From an uncultured Candidatus Saccharibacteria bacterium (GTDB taxonomy: Bacteria > Patescibacteriota > Minisyncoccia > Phycocordibacterales > UBA1006): a stretch of DNA of 64,000 nucleotides. Within the stretch, counting starts at the first letter, position 1, and each line of letters starts with the position of its first letter. Position numbers and translations under genes: made by a program. Below, in pieces: positions 29,746-40,539 of the stretch. Under the pieces are notes generated by a model. It was not told where the DNA came from. It searched no databases and saw only the letters and a list, made by a program, of their open reading frames with translations. The stretch covers positions 243 through 64,242 of the forward strand of contig CAYQCC010000004.1 in NCBI GenBank assembly GCA_964415895.1. Reading direction: 5' to 3'.

Positions 29746-30327
29746 TTAAGACCTTGCAAAGTATGTGCTATTCAAGTGAATAAAAGCATCTTCAAAACTT
29801 CTTGCATGGTAAGCATTTTCTTCTTGTTGGTAGCATAAACATAAAGTTGAATCCCCAATTTTAATTGTTCTTTGTTCTACTGTCAAAATCTTAACATCTT
29901 CCCAAGAAATACCTGGCAAAAAATGTAGTAAAGCTGAGTTACTTGTTGCTGTACCATTATTTACAGGACAAGCCTCAATAACAACATTTCCTTTTTTATC
30001 CTTATTACCTATATCGCCTTTAGAATCTATATCTGTAATTACCAAAGATTTAATTCCTAAAAACTCGATAAATTTTTCAAAAATCTGTGAATAAGCTCCG
30101 ACCTCTATAATTGAAATATTTTGTGAAAGTAGCGGTAAAAATGGGTCTTCTGTTCCTACTGCAACATGGATTTTTTCTTCCTCTATATCAATCTTTTTCA
30201 TCACAGTTGGAATGAGAATTCTTTCAGTATCGCCCTCTATCAAAACAGCTTTATCGGCAAAGAAAATTTCGGCTCTACTAATTGTCAAATATTGTGTTAA
30301 GAACTGATACTGTGTTGTGCCTAACAA
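29746..30327 (-). pseudogene. C-terminal TOPRIM fragment of an OLD-family ATP-dependent endonuclease
   Basis: Motifs EIFFADKAVLIEGDTE, IIEVG, ITDID and SFEDAF. Appears truncated at both ends. Confidence 0.8.
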
Positions 30328-30789
30328 AACATATTATTATGTTCGTTAATATGTTATATGGAACAGATAGATACAACCATCACAAATACACATTTATAGG
30401 TATTTGAAATGTAATAATACTTTTATACATTTAATCTTTACAACAAACGAACAAACTAAATTTAAGAAATACAGTTGCACCAAACTATTGGATGTAGAGT
30501 TCTTTAACATATTTAGTTGTTCAGATTTCCAAACTACTTTTTTGAGAATACATTTTTACTACGTCATGTTTTGGCGTTCATCTAATGCATATTTGTATCA
30601 AATAAATAATGTATGAATCTCTACGCAAAAAAACACATTCGGTTAAAAAACAAAAATGACTTCTTAGTTTTTTAACTATTATAAAATTAACGTGGTCTTA
30701 TAAAGTGTTAAGATATTAGTTTTCACACAATATAATAAAACGCGTATCGTTATTAGAAATAAATTGCATCATAAAATAAAAATACATCC

Positions 30790-31170
30790 ATGAAAAATCA
30801 GAAAGCATATTCCGTCATTGTCAGTTTAATTCCTGCGGTGCAAGCAATACTCGACACCTTTAATGCAGCACAGGTAAGTGATGCACTGCGCATGTACATT
30901 GGTGCGCTACTAATCTTGCTTATCATCGTAATGCAAGGCATACAGATATACCTCAATCCAAGCATCAAAAATAATGCTCTTTGGGTAAGTGTGGTAGCAC
31001 TCATTGGATACATTGCAGGTGGCATAATGGACAACCTTAATGTGATACCTATGAGCGAAGAAGTAGCCAGTGTTATTCGGTTAGTATTTTCTTTGTTCGT
31101 AGTCATTGCCAATGCCATTGTGAGAGAATACAACACTGTGGAAGACAAATTAAAAATAAATATAAAGTAA
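30790..31170 (+). CDS. Four-TM membrane protein with internal duplication (holin-like?)
   Basis: Two related ~55-aa halves (AILDTFN...VSD and GIMDNLN...MSE). Confidence 0.55.
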   Translation: MKNQKAYSVIVSLIPAVQAILDTFNAAQVSDALRMYIGALLILLIIVMQGIQIYLNPSIKNNALWVSVVALIGYIAGGIMDNLNVIPMSEEVASVIRLVFSLFVVIANAIVREYNTVEDKLKINIK

Positions 31171-32248
31171 AAATTCCCTTTAAAGTATTCTGTCATTTTG
31201 TTTGTCTTGCTAAATATATAGGAAGATTGTTTCGGTGCTAAATCTTTTGCTACATTCAAATTTTAAATTATTGAAGACTTGAGTTTTTATAAACATTATA
31301 ATTATGTAAGCGTGAATCTTGAAATTTCTCTTGCGAACTAATAAAAATAATTGTAAATTACAAGTACAACCAAGTGAAAAATAAAAATTATTCTTATGAA
31401 ATATTATAACAACAAAACAGCATTAACATCAATAAGTCCACTAAGAAAAATTTATACTAATACGCCAATTATATATGTACAGAAGATTTGATTTAATAAC
31501 AATATTAGTTAGCTATACTTTGTATAGAAAAGTCGTATGCACTCTGTGTACGGCTTTTTTTTATTCTAAAAATTTAAACCAATATAATTTATGGTGAAAT
31601 AAAAGACAAAAAAAACCAGGGTAAACGATAGAGAGTTTAAAACCTGGCTTTATATGATTAATTTTTGCTGCAACATTAAATTAATCTCAACTATAAAGCT
31701 ACCACACTTAAAGATATAACACAAGTCTTATTTATCGACACTGTTTATTTAGTTTATATCTAAAGTTGCCAATCTCTAATATTTACCTTATAATTTGTCT
31801 AATTGATATTGATAGAACTATCGGTTCAACAAACATTTATCAAAATTAAAACTGCAAAAATGGTAAGATTTTACAATTCTTATAATCCAATACTGACTAA
31901 AAAACAGATAGCATCTTGTGTAAATAAACATTGTGTTATTTGTAAAGGAATTATTAATGAATTTTATTGTTGTAATTGTTTTGAAGGACCGAGCATATTG
32001 CAGCTACAAATTAAAAAAAGCCATCAAGATTACTTCTTTATGGATGGTTCAGTTAAGCCAGTAATTATAAAAATCAGAAACTTAGGTTTTGGAATGATAA
32101 ATTTTAATTAAAATTCAATTAATATGGGGCTAAAGATACAGTTGGTATGATTATTTATGTAAATTTGTAATAATAGAAATTAAGTGTTAGGCTTAGTTGT
32201 TTAATGTTTTAATTAGCCTAATTATTTTTTGCTGAATAAAACCACACT

Positions 32249-33205
32249 ATGAAAATATTTAGAATTAAAGTCGAAAATTACAGACTACTTAAAGACTTTT
32301 CTATTGACTTAGAAGAAGATTTATCGTTAGTTATTGGTAAAAACAATACAGGCAAGACATCACTTCTTACCATTTTAGAAAAGTTTTTAAATCATTCTGA
32401 AAAAACTAAATTTTCCATTGATGATTTTAATATTGAATTTAAAAAGAGTCTTGCAGATCTTGTAGTTGATAATATCCAAATTGTTGAAACTGATTTTGTA
32501 CAAATAGGTATAAAACTTAAAATTTTCATTCAATACAGTGATAAGGATGATTTGTCCAACATTAGTAGGGTTATGATGGATCTTGATCCTGATAATAATG
32601 TTGTTGTGTTAGGATTTGAATACATCTTAGATTATGACAACTATTTAAAGATAAGAAGCGAATACTTAGTGTTTGATGACAAAGAATCAGTAAAGGAGCG
32701 TGAGGACACAACTGGCATGTATAAAAAATTAGACGTATATAGTTTTTTAAAACAAGAACATAATAAGTTTTTTATAACAATCAAAAAGTCCATTGCATAT
32801 GATATTGGCGCAGATGACACCCTTGATAAAATATTTATCAATTTAGATAAAGAAAATGTCGGTATCAAAGATATTATAAATTTCAAATACATAAGTGCAA
32901 GACGTGATGTAACCAACAAGGATTTTGATAAGACTTTATCAAAACAAACGTCAATAATTTATAAAAGAACAGAGGAAAATGAAGAAACAAAGGAAGCTAC
33001 GGAAAAATTTAAAGACCAGTTAACCGAAACAGATAGACAGTTAAGTACTATTTATGTTGATTTATTCGAAGAAGTTATTAAAAAGGTTAGAATTTTTGGT
33101 GGAATAAAGCTTAATGAATCTGAAATTGAGATAATCTCAACATTACAACATAGAGAACTTTTATCGAATGCTGTTTTTAATGGTTGCATAGCACTTAATA
33201 TTTAA
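32249..33205 (+). pseudogene. N-terminal ATPase fragment of an OLD-family endonuclease
   Basis: I.VENYR.L.D and Walker A GKNNTGKT are present. The ORF ends before any Walker B (EEPE) or H-loop. Confidence 0.8.
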
Positions 33206-34013
33206 GTCTTGACTATGCCAGTGGCCAATGGTATGAGGTACCACCCAATTTGGCAAATAATTTATTTTAGTATATGATACTCTACAAAGGTTGCCACTGG
33301 CTGAAAATTGGTTGGCAATCTTGGCCATACAACGGTGAGACGTTGTATGGCTTTTTTTGTATATGGAAAATACCTTTAAAAACAAGGGTTTTGAGCTAAC
33401 CGCTATGTGTGCGACTGCATAAGCATTGAGTATGCTAAAGGTTTGTTTTGATGATATTTGAGCCATAACTATCATAATCATGGTCAAAAATACAGGCGTA
33501 AAATGACGCATTTAAAATCTATGAGTCATTAAATGACTCATTTTAAATAGCTACTTAGAAGATAGTGCTAAAAGAAACTGCATAAAAAAAATATGAACCT
33601 ATTGCGGAATTAATAAATAAGGTTTACATTGAATTATAAATTCAAGATTATGTCAAGCTTAATGATTAATTCTCCACCATAATAATATAACCATAACTAG
33701 GTAATATTAAAAACAGTTTGCAAAAACTTGACATTTCAAAACACAACTATCATGACATAAACACAAAAATACAAGCATAGAAAATAGATTCAACTACTGT
33801 TAGGATTTCTATGTCCAAATTTTTGCATGATTTATTTTTTGAAATAGCAAGTTTAGCTACTGAACTTGTTATGGTTAAATTAATACATATAAAAAATGCT
33901 TTCTTACAATATTCTTGTGAGAAAGCATTTTTTATATATTCTTTAGAGTATACACAACCTGCATTTAGTACAATTCCGTTTCAAGGTATTCTTAATGCTA
34001 AAATTCAATACTT

Positions 34014-34634
34014 ATGGTAAGTAGAGAATTTAGCATATTAGATTTTGAGCAACAACCATTAAATGTTGCTATAAAGAATGAATTTCACTCTCTGGTTGAA
34101 ACATGCTTTAAAGATGATAGTCTACTTTTTGCCTATTTAGACTTAAAAGAAATCTACCATACAAGCGGATTATCGGAATTGTATTTGTTCACTGACAATA
34201 AAAATATATTACAAGGATTCGATAAAGAATACGCTGTTATGCTTGAGCAAATAGATAAAGAAAATGAACGACTTTACACATATCAAGGATGGTTTAAAAA
34301 ACTAAAAATTCGGAAAGCTAAAGGAACTCAACATCTTTTAGAAAATAAAGAGCAAATAGAATTTACATGGATTGAAACTCGAAAATCAAGAATACAAAGT
34401 GATTTTGCTACTGATATCCATTTCCAAGATGCTAGTTTAGCAAATTATGCAAATGACTATTTTTCTAATATGCAAGACTTAATTCTTAATAAGTTTCCGT
34501 ACTCATTAACTGTAATTCTTCCTATATACATAATTAGAAATTCACACCTAATTCCTTGTGCTGATTTGAGAATAAATTTAGGTACAAATATAGACATCAC
34601 CGTTTTCATAAAAATCTGCTATTTTAAAAATTAA
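34014..34634 (+). CDS. Hypothetical protein
   Basis: 206-aa ORF in AT-rich DNA with no recognised motif. Confidence 0.45.
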   Translation: MVSREFSILDFEQQPLNVAIKNEFHSLVETCFKDDSLLFAYLDLKEIYHTSGLSELYLFTDNKNILQGFDKEYAVMLEQIDKENERLYTYQGWFKKLKIRKAKGTQHLLENKEQIEFTWIETRKSRIQSDFATDIHFQDASLANYANDYFSNMQDLILNKFPYSLTVILPIYIIRNSHLIPCADLRINLGTNIDITVFIKICYFKN

Positions 34635-35207
34635 GTCGTTTACTCTAGCGATATCTCTAACTAGGTCTACAGTAAATTTATTTGTGACAGACAACACATC
34701 TGAACGATACAATATATTCTGATTTTGAGTTTCTTCATCGCCAATCCAATCAATTAATAATTCAAGTCCATAAAATTGCGCAAGTCTGCCATTTAAATCT
34801 GCTAACATGGAGATTGTTTTTTCGCTTTTATCACTTGGTTCTTCAAGATTAACGATAGGTCTAGAGGTAATAATAGTAGCCTGACTTGCAGAAATTATTT
34901 TATATATTGACATAAGAGTGTCGGAAAACTTGACACTCACAACAAAATTTCTGTATAATTCTAAATAATATGCATAATAAACTGCAAATCTTTTTGCTTC
35001 AAATTCGATAGGGTGTAAAAAACCATATGATGGATAATTCGCTAATATTTTATTTTGAAATTGCGTAAAATAATTTGTAGAACTTTCTATTCTTACGTTC
35101 AGTAGTTCTTTATCTCTAATGGTTTTTTCAGAATTTTCTGTTTCTAAGAGTTTAAGTAGTTCTTGATAGATTTGTTCTATCGAATCAGATGTAATGTTAT
35201 CATTCAT
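34578..35207 (-). CDS. Hypothetical protein
   Basis: 209-aa ORF with a convergent overlap and no recognised motif. Confidence 0.5.
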   Translation of the reverse strand: MNDNITSDSIEQIYQELLKLLETENSEKTIRDKELLNVRIESSTNYFTQFQNKILANYPSYGFLHPIEFEAKRFAVYYAYYLELYRNFVVSVKFSDTLMSIYKIISASQATIITSRPIVNLEEPSDKSEKTISMLADLNGRLAQFYGLELLIDWIGDEETQNQNILYRSDVLSVTNKFTVDLVRDIARVNDLIFKIADFYENGDVYICT

Positions 35208-35289
35208 ATTTTATGGTTTCAAATAAAAAAGGAAATAAAGATATTAAAATAATCTTTATTTCCTATAATTTTTTAAATAGTTTATTAAA

Positions 35290-35511
35290 CTATTTGGCGT
35301 TTAGTAAAGTTAAAGGTGCAACAATGTCTGGATGACTGCACAAGCCTATTGATTTAACTTTTAATGAATCAACCTCTTTATTTTTGAATTTAAGCCAATC
35401 CGGTCGGGTGACCGTATGGTTAAACTCAATGGTTACTGGTGATTCGGAGCCGTTTAGAATCCTTAATCTAGTAGGATTAAAAAAATCTAAAATTTTTTGT
35501 GAAGCTGCCAT
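35290..35511 (-). CDS. Small hypothetical protein
   Basis: 73 aa, downstream of a TATCTTTG promoter-like box. Confidence 0.45.
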   Translation of the reverse strand: MAASQKILDFFNPTRLRILNGSESPVTIEFNHTVTRPDWLKFKNKEVDSLKVKSIGLCSHPDIVAPLTLLNAK

Positions 35512-35620
35512 TTTTTAATTGTTTTAGTTTTTATAATTTGGTTCTTTTATAGTTTTAATTTTGGTTCAATGGTAACCTACCCCCCCCTTTTTTTTATTAA
35601 ATTTTTATAATTTTGGACTG

Positions 35621-35628
35621 CAAAGATA
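35621..35628 (-). promoter_or_regulatory. Bacteroidota-type -7 promoter element TAnnTTTG
   Basis: The minus strand reads cgTATCTTTGca. A second match, TAAATTTG, lies at about 32160 (+) upstream of the OLD fragment. Confidence 0.45.
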
Positions 35629-36189
35629 CGATAAACAATTTTATTTACATAATGTAATTTTTTTTGCACAAATTGTTTATTACTTGCTCTAAATTGGATT
35701 GTAATATAATTATTAATTTAAAGCAAGTCCTTAAATACGCGATTCCATTTCTCTACATTTTCTTCGAATCTTTTGCACATTTTTCGATGCAATTTTACAC
35801 ATCAATTTAAACACTTTTAAACTTTGATTTAAACACCTGTGGACAAGCATTTGATATTCACCAACCTATAACGCCTAAATATCTAAAAAAGTATTTAAAA
35901 TCTGTTAAATTATAAGAACAATATTAAAATTAGCTAGGATTTAAGGGTTTATGTTACACAATTTAATAAATATTTTGCAAAAATAAGACCTGTTTTTCTC
36001 AAAGTCAAAATTTAAAGATGAATATTTAGTGTCCTTGAGATGTAATTATACTCTCTTATTGCTAAAATAATGTCCTATTCTTTTCTTTTTTTGGCACAAA
36101 TTAAACTAAATAACACTACTCACATATATATGCGCCTTATACAGAACAATACATTTTTTAATAAAAACTTGCCCTCTCGGGCAAGTAAA

Positions 36190-37452
36190 CTATTTCTTAG
36201 TTCTCTTTTTAGTTTTGGTATTTGGTTGTTTTGTTTTCTGCATAGCACTCATTACCAAATCCGTAGCATCATCAATCATTTTATTTGGCAATGTGTCAAG
36301 ATAGATTTGCGTGGTCTTAATAGATTCATGCCCTAACATATCGCTAATATCAGCAATGGGAATTTGGATGTGTTTTGCAATAGTAGCGAATGAATGTCTG
36401 GAAACATACGATGTTAAATTCTCTTGTATTCCACACAAGGTTGCAATCTTTTTTAGCTTCTTGTTGTACCTGCTACGTGCCCACTTAACTTGTCGATACT
36501 GTTCCTCTGGAGTTGCTTTGGTAATAATTGGAAAGATGTAGTCATCTTTTTCTTCTGATGGGTACTTGTCTAGTATCTGTTGCACATTTGCGGTTATTCT
36601 AATTGTGTAAGGTTTATCTGTTTTTTGACGCTCATAAATGATACGACCATCAATAAGGTTCGACCATTGTAAATGTGCCATATCTGCAAAAGGCATACCA
36701 CGAGTATAAAAGCAAAACATAAAATAGTTATGCGAGTTGTAGAGCGGATGATTGGTTTCGAACTTCAATTCCTCAATGGCTTTAATCGCTGTTGTACTGA
36801 TAGCGCGTTTGCGTGTTTTTTTTGTCTTAATCTTGTAGTTGGTAAATGGATACAGATCTCGCTCAACAAGCTTCGCTTTGATAGCGTTATTGAATACGGC
36901 TCGGATGGTGCGCATATACACAGCAAGTCCATTTAAGCTGTTGCCTTTGATGATGTGGTGCTGTTCAAGTTTTACAAGAAATGAGTGAGTAATGTCGGTA
37001 AATGTAAGCTCTCTATTATTAGAAAAGGTACGCAGAACACTAATGACGCCTTCGTAAGAACGAGCACTGCTAAATCTTTGTGTCTTTTTCATATCAGCAA
37101 TCATGTTTTCTGTATATTTGAAAAAGGAAAGATTATTTGACTTTTCTATGAGTTCTTTGAGTTGCGTGATGGTGAGCGTTTGAAGTGTTTTCTTTTCGTC
37201 TAATTTAGAAATGATGTCGAGTGCTTCGGCAACTTTCTTGCGATGCTGGTTGTTAAGCCTAGTTACGGATTCTGTACCATTATAAGAAGATTTTATAAGA
37301 TGTTTGGTGTCGTCCCAGTCTTTTAGATGCAGCGATAAGCCGAGCGGAATTTGTGAAGATTTCCTATTATGGACAATGCGCATAATGAGTGGAAATGTGC
37401 CATCGGCTTTTTTTACTCGTGTATCGAGGACAATAAGTGCGTTTGTTTTCAT
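36190..37452 (-). CDS. Tyrosine recombinase/integrase (Arm-DNA-binding plus SAM-like, Bacteroidota type)
   Basis: N-terminus KK.DG.FPL.MRI..NR...LG..L...DWD, then GMPFADM, SYVSRHSFAT and LGHESIKTTQIYL. Confidence 0.92.
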   Translation of the reverse strand: MKTNALIVLDTRVKKADGTFPLIMRIVHNRKSSQIPLGLSLHLKDWDDTKHLIKSSYNGTESVTRLNNQHRKKVAEALDIISKLDEKKTLQTLTITQLKELIEKSNNLSFFKYTENMIADMKKTQRFSSARSYEGVISVLRTFSNNRELTFTDITHSFLVKLEQHHIIKGNSLNGLAVYMRTIRAVFNNAIKAKLVERDLYPFTNYKIKTKKTRKRAISTTAIKAIEELKFETNHPLYNSHNYFMFCFYTRGMPFADMAHLQWSNLIDGRIIYERQKTDKPYTIRITANVQQILDKYPSEEKDDYIFPIITKATPEEQYRQVKWARSRYNKKLKKIATLCGIQENLTSYVSRHSFATIAKHIQIPIADISDMLGHESIKTTQIYLDTLPNKMIDDATDLVMSAMQKTKQPNTKTKKRTKK

Positions 37453-37463
37453 TTGGTTCTGTT

Positions 37464-37868
37464 TTAAAAATGAGGAAATCTATTCACAAGCAGCTCACAA
37501 GCAAAAGTACATTTCAAACAATATCGAATCATATCAAATAACACCAAAGTTAATACTTGCTGTAAACACCCAATTTTCTTATTCACAATATCATTGGCAT
37601 TTAAACATTTCAATTCATCGATGATGTTTGGAATGCGCATCTGCAGGCGTTTGATAAGTAATTTTTTCTGTTCAGGGAAAAAGGAATCGAAAGGGGTTTT
37701 GTAAATAATGTGATAAAGCAACATCAATTCTATTTGCGGATGCATATCGCTTGTTTCGTTGCGTGAAACTTGAATTACATCTTGTGTGCCAAGTAATTCA
37801 GAAATATCTTGTTGGTTAAAAATGGAATGTTTACGATGATTTCGTAAATGATGATTAATAGGTTTCAT
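37464..37868 (-). CDS. XRE-like HTH protein
   Basis: LR.HRK....QQDISELLG......SR.E.....P. Confidence 0.65.
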   Translation of the reverse strand: MKPINHHLRNHRKHSIFNQQDISELLGTQDVIQVSRNETSDMHPQIELMLLYHIIYKTPFDSFFPEQKKLLIKRLQMRIPNIIDELKCLNANDIVNKKIGCLQQVLTLVLFDMIRYCLKCTFACELLVNRFPHF

Positions 37869-38016
37869 AAAATATTTTCATTAGTTGATAATATTCCTAT
37901 GATATTAAAAATGGATAAATACAATATGAGGGCGAAATTGCATATGGCTGTCTTTAAAGTAATAACCGCACGTTGGTTGCGTGGATATTAAAATCCACGC
38001 TTCACAAAACTTGCGG

Positions 38017-38523
38017 TTATTCAAATTGTATTTTCATCTTATCTATCAACGACTGTTGCAAAACTTGCAAGCGTTCAATGTTTTCATCAGATTTCTTTTG
38101 TATTGTTTTTCTTTTTAAAGTATTTCTTTTGTTATGTTCGCAATCACGAACAAGTCTTATTCGTGATTGCGAACAAGTCATGTCGCAAATGCGAACAAGT
38201 CGAGATTCATAAAAAAGAAGTGGATGTCCTCTTCGTTCATGTGCTTGATGCAGTTCAGTCTCCTTTCCATCTGTTACGACAAGTAAACTCTTGTCTATTA
38301 AACTTTGAATTGTTTTTGAGAGTACTGTCCTATACAATCCTGTCTTTTTGAGAATGAAGCTGTAACTTAGTCTGTCCTTTATTTTCCGCTTTCCTGTTTT
38401 GCTGTCTATCCACCCAACAGTTTGGCGAAGCACAATTAATAGCACACGAAGTTCTGCGTGTGTAAGTATTGGAATATGTTCAAAAAGTTCATTAGGTACT
38501 GGCGTAGTGTTCTCAAGTGACAT
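38017..38523 (-). CDS. Phage replication protein O-like (winged HTH)
   Basis: TTPVPNELFE, ELRVLL.VLRQT.GW and KKTGL.R..LSK.I.SL. Confidence 0.7.
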   Translation of the reverse strand: MSLENTTPVPNELFEHIPILTHAELRVLLIVLRQTVGWIDSKTGKRKIKDRLSYSFILKKTGLYRTVLSKTIQSLIDKSLLVVTDGKETELHQAHERRGHPLLFYESRLVRICDMTCSQSRIRLVRDCEHNKRNTLKRKTIQKKSDENIERLQVLQQSLIDKMKIQFE

Positions 38524-38592
38524 GAAAACTACAGTACACGAGGAAATTTGAATACAATATGAATGCTTTTTTGCTGATGCAAAAATTGCCTT

Positions 38593-38820
38593 ATGTTGTG
38601 TAACAAAAAATGGAGATATGGTGCAAACATGGAAGAAATTCTCGCAATGGAAAAAGATGTAAAAAAGCTGATTTTAGAAGAAGAAAAAAATCTTCTAAAT
38701 TCAGGCTTTACACAAGAGGATATAACGATACTTTATGAGGCATTGGAATATATAGCATACCCTGTCATTGCAGAGTATTGTGAGCATGGAACGATTACAG
38801 ACATTGACGAAATCGAGTAA
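38593..38820 (+). CDS. Small acidic hypothetical protein
   Basis: ORF directly upstream of the recombinase. Confidence 0.4.
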   Translation: MLCNKKWRYGANMEEILAMEKDVKKLILEEEKNLLNSGFTQEDITILYEALEYIAYPVIAEYCEHGTITDIDEIE

Positions 38821-38873
38821 ATTTTAGACTATGATATACTTTCTTTATTATCAGCGAATAACTCTATTGATCT

Positions 38874-40424
38874 ATGAATATTACTAAACTAGCACTTATT
38901 TATTGTCGTGTCAGTTCCAAGCAACAATTGGATGGTGGCGGTCTTGGTAGCCAAGAACAAAGATGCCAAGAATATGCAAAATTTAACGGATATGAAGTTG
39001 TGGAAATATTCCACGATTCTTTTTCTGGTGGTGGTGACTTTATGAAACGACCTGCTATGCGTCAATTATTGGCGTATGTTGATGAACACTCACAAAATCA
39101 GTATGTAGTTATTTTTGATGACTTAAAACGCTTTGCACGAGATGTAAAATTTCATTGGGAATTGAGGAGTGAATTTGAATCACGAAACCTTATACCTGAA
39201 TGTTTAAACTTTAAATTTGAAGAAACACCAGAGGGAGCTTTTATTGAAACAATCATAGCTGCACAAGGTGAGCTCGAACGTAAACAACAAAAAAGACAGG
39301 TGTTGCAAAAAATGAAAGCACGAATGCAGAGGGGTTTGTCTTGCTTTCCTACTGCACCATACGGATATACCTATGTTGCAAGTTCCTTGCATGGCGGAAA
39401 GATCTTACAGATTGATAAAGAAGCATCAAAGGTTGTAAGGATGGCATTTTCCGAATTTGCAAATGGTAAATTATTTCATCTAAGAGATGTGACTAAGTTT
39501 CTTACAACAAATAGTGTAAGAAAAAAGAAAGTTGCATTTAAAGACGAAACTGTAAAAAGCATGTTGAGTAATGTTATCTACATTGGTTTCTTAGAATATC
39601 CGACATGGAATGTAGAACTTACTAAAGGTGTTCATGATGCAATTATTCCACTCGAATTATTTGAAAGAGTACAAATAAGATTAAAAGGTAAAATACCGCA
39701 AAGAACTCGTGTTGATATGAGAGAGGACTTTCCACTTCGTGGATATGTAAACTGTATTCATTGCAAACGTCAATTAACAGCATCTTGGAGTACAGGCAGA
39801 ATAGGGTCGAAACATCCTTATTATCGTTGCCATACCAAAGGATGTGTCATGGCAGGAAAAAGCATACAGAAAAAAGAACTGCATGATTTTTTTGAAGAGT
39901 ACATAAAACCACTCTCATTTAAGCCACAAATTAAAACAATAGCAAAACTTAAAATTCTTGAAGAGGCATTGAGAAGAAATAAGATAAAATATTTAGAATT
40001 AGAAAAAAAGAAACAGGAAATTATTTTAATAGATCAACAAATAGAAACTTTAGTTGAAAGGCTTTCTGCGCCACTAGATAGAAGTATTGCTGAGATATAC
40101 GAAAGCCAAATTGCTAATCTGAATAAAAAAAGAATTTTATTAAATGAGATCTCTATAAAAGATGATACTAACCCTAAATTGTTGGAACCTATAGTAGATA
40201 TTGCCTTTAAAAAGAGTGAAAACCCTTATGCTACATGGAAAAAAGACAAATACGAACTACAAAAACAGGTGTTGAATATGCTGTTTTATACCAATTTAGA
40301 ATATGGTAAAAAAGAGAAGTTTGGAAACACGAACGAGGCTTATTTATTAAGGCTTTTTAAGAGAATTGAGATTGAAAACAACCAAAATTTACAGCATGTC
40401 GAGATGCAGGGATTCGAACCCTGA
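38874..40424 (+). CDS. Large serine recombinase (integrase)
   Basis: YCRVSS..Q, RP, D...RFAR and a zinc ribbon (C.HC...YYRC...C). The last codons EMQGFEP* come from the antisense strand of tRNA-Pro. Confidence 0.93.
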   Translation: MNITKLALIYCRVSSKQQLDGGGLGSQEQRCQEYAKFNGYEVVEIFHDSFSGGGDFMKRPAMRQLLAYVDEHSQNQYVVIFDDLKRFARDVKFHWELRSEFESRNLIPECLNFKFEETPEGAFIETIIAAQGELERKQQKRQVLQKMKARMQRGLSCFPTAPYGYTYVASSLHGGKILQIDKEASKVVRMAFSEFANGKLFHLRDVTKFLTTNSVRKKKVAFKDETVKSMLSNVIYIGFLEYPTWNVELTKGVHDAIIPLELFERVQIRLKGKIPQRTRVDMREDFPLRGYVNCIHCKRQLTASWSTGRIGSKHPYYRCHTKGCVMAGKSIQKKELHDFFEEYIKPLSFKPQIKTIAKLKILEEALRRNKIKYLELEKKKQEIILIDQQIETLVERLSAPLDRSIAEIYESQIANLNKKRILLNEISIKDDTNPKLLEPIVDIAFKKSENPYATWKKDKYELQKQVLNMLFYTNLEYGKKEKFGNTNEAYLLRLFKRIEIENNQNLQHVEMQGFEP

Positions 40425-40471
40425 GTCACCTGCTCCCAAAGCAGGCATGTTAGCCGTTACACCACATCTCG
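40399..40471 (-). tRNA. tRNA-Pro(UGG)
   Basis: CGAGATG/CATCTCG acceptor stem, CCTGC-TTTGGGA-GCAGG anticodon arm and T-loop TTCGAAT. Confidence 0.95.
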
Positions 40472-40539
40472 AAAACAAAAAGACTTTACCACAGTCTGGG
40501 AAAATAATCCAGGGTACGAGTCAAAGTCTTTTTTAAAAA

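Larger units (their letters stand above)
29399..40402. mobile_element. ~11-kb AT-rich integrative element at tRNA-Pro (serine recombinase type)
   Basis: Shared TGTCGA(T/G)AT core at 29399 and 40397, an abrupt drop in GC content, and a recombinase ORF that runs into the tRNA. Confidence 0.75.

Noticed and set aside
31803-32111. 102-aa ORF with CxxC pairs, and the ORFs at 33161-33511 and 33811-34020
   Set aside because: Weak starts or no recognisable family in AT-rich DNA, so I cannot support them as genes.
35580-35595. C8/T8 homopolymer as a phase-variation site
   Set aside because: It is intergenic and I could not link it to a reading frame or promoter spacer.
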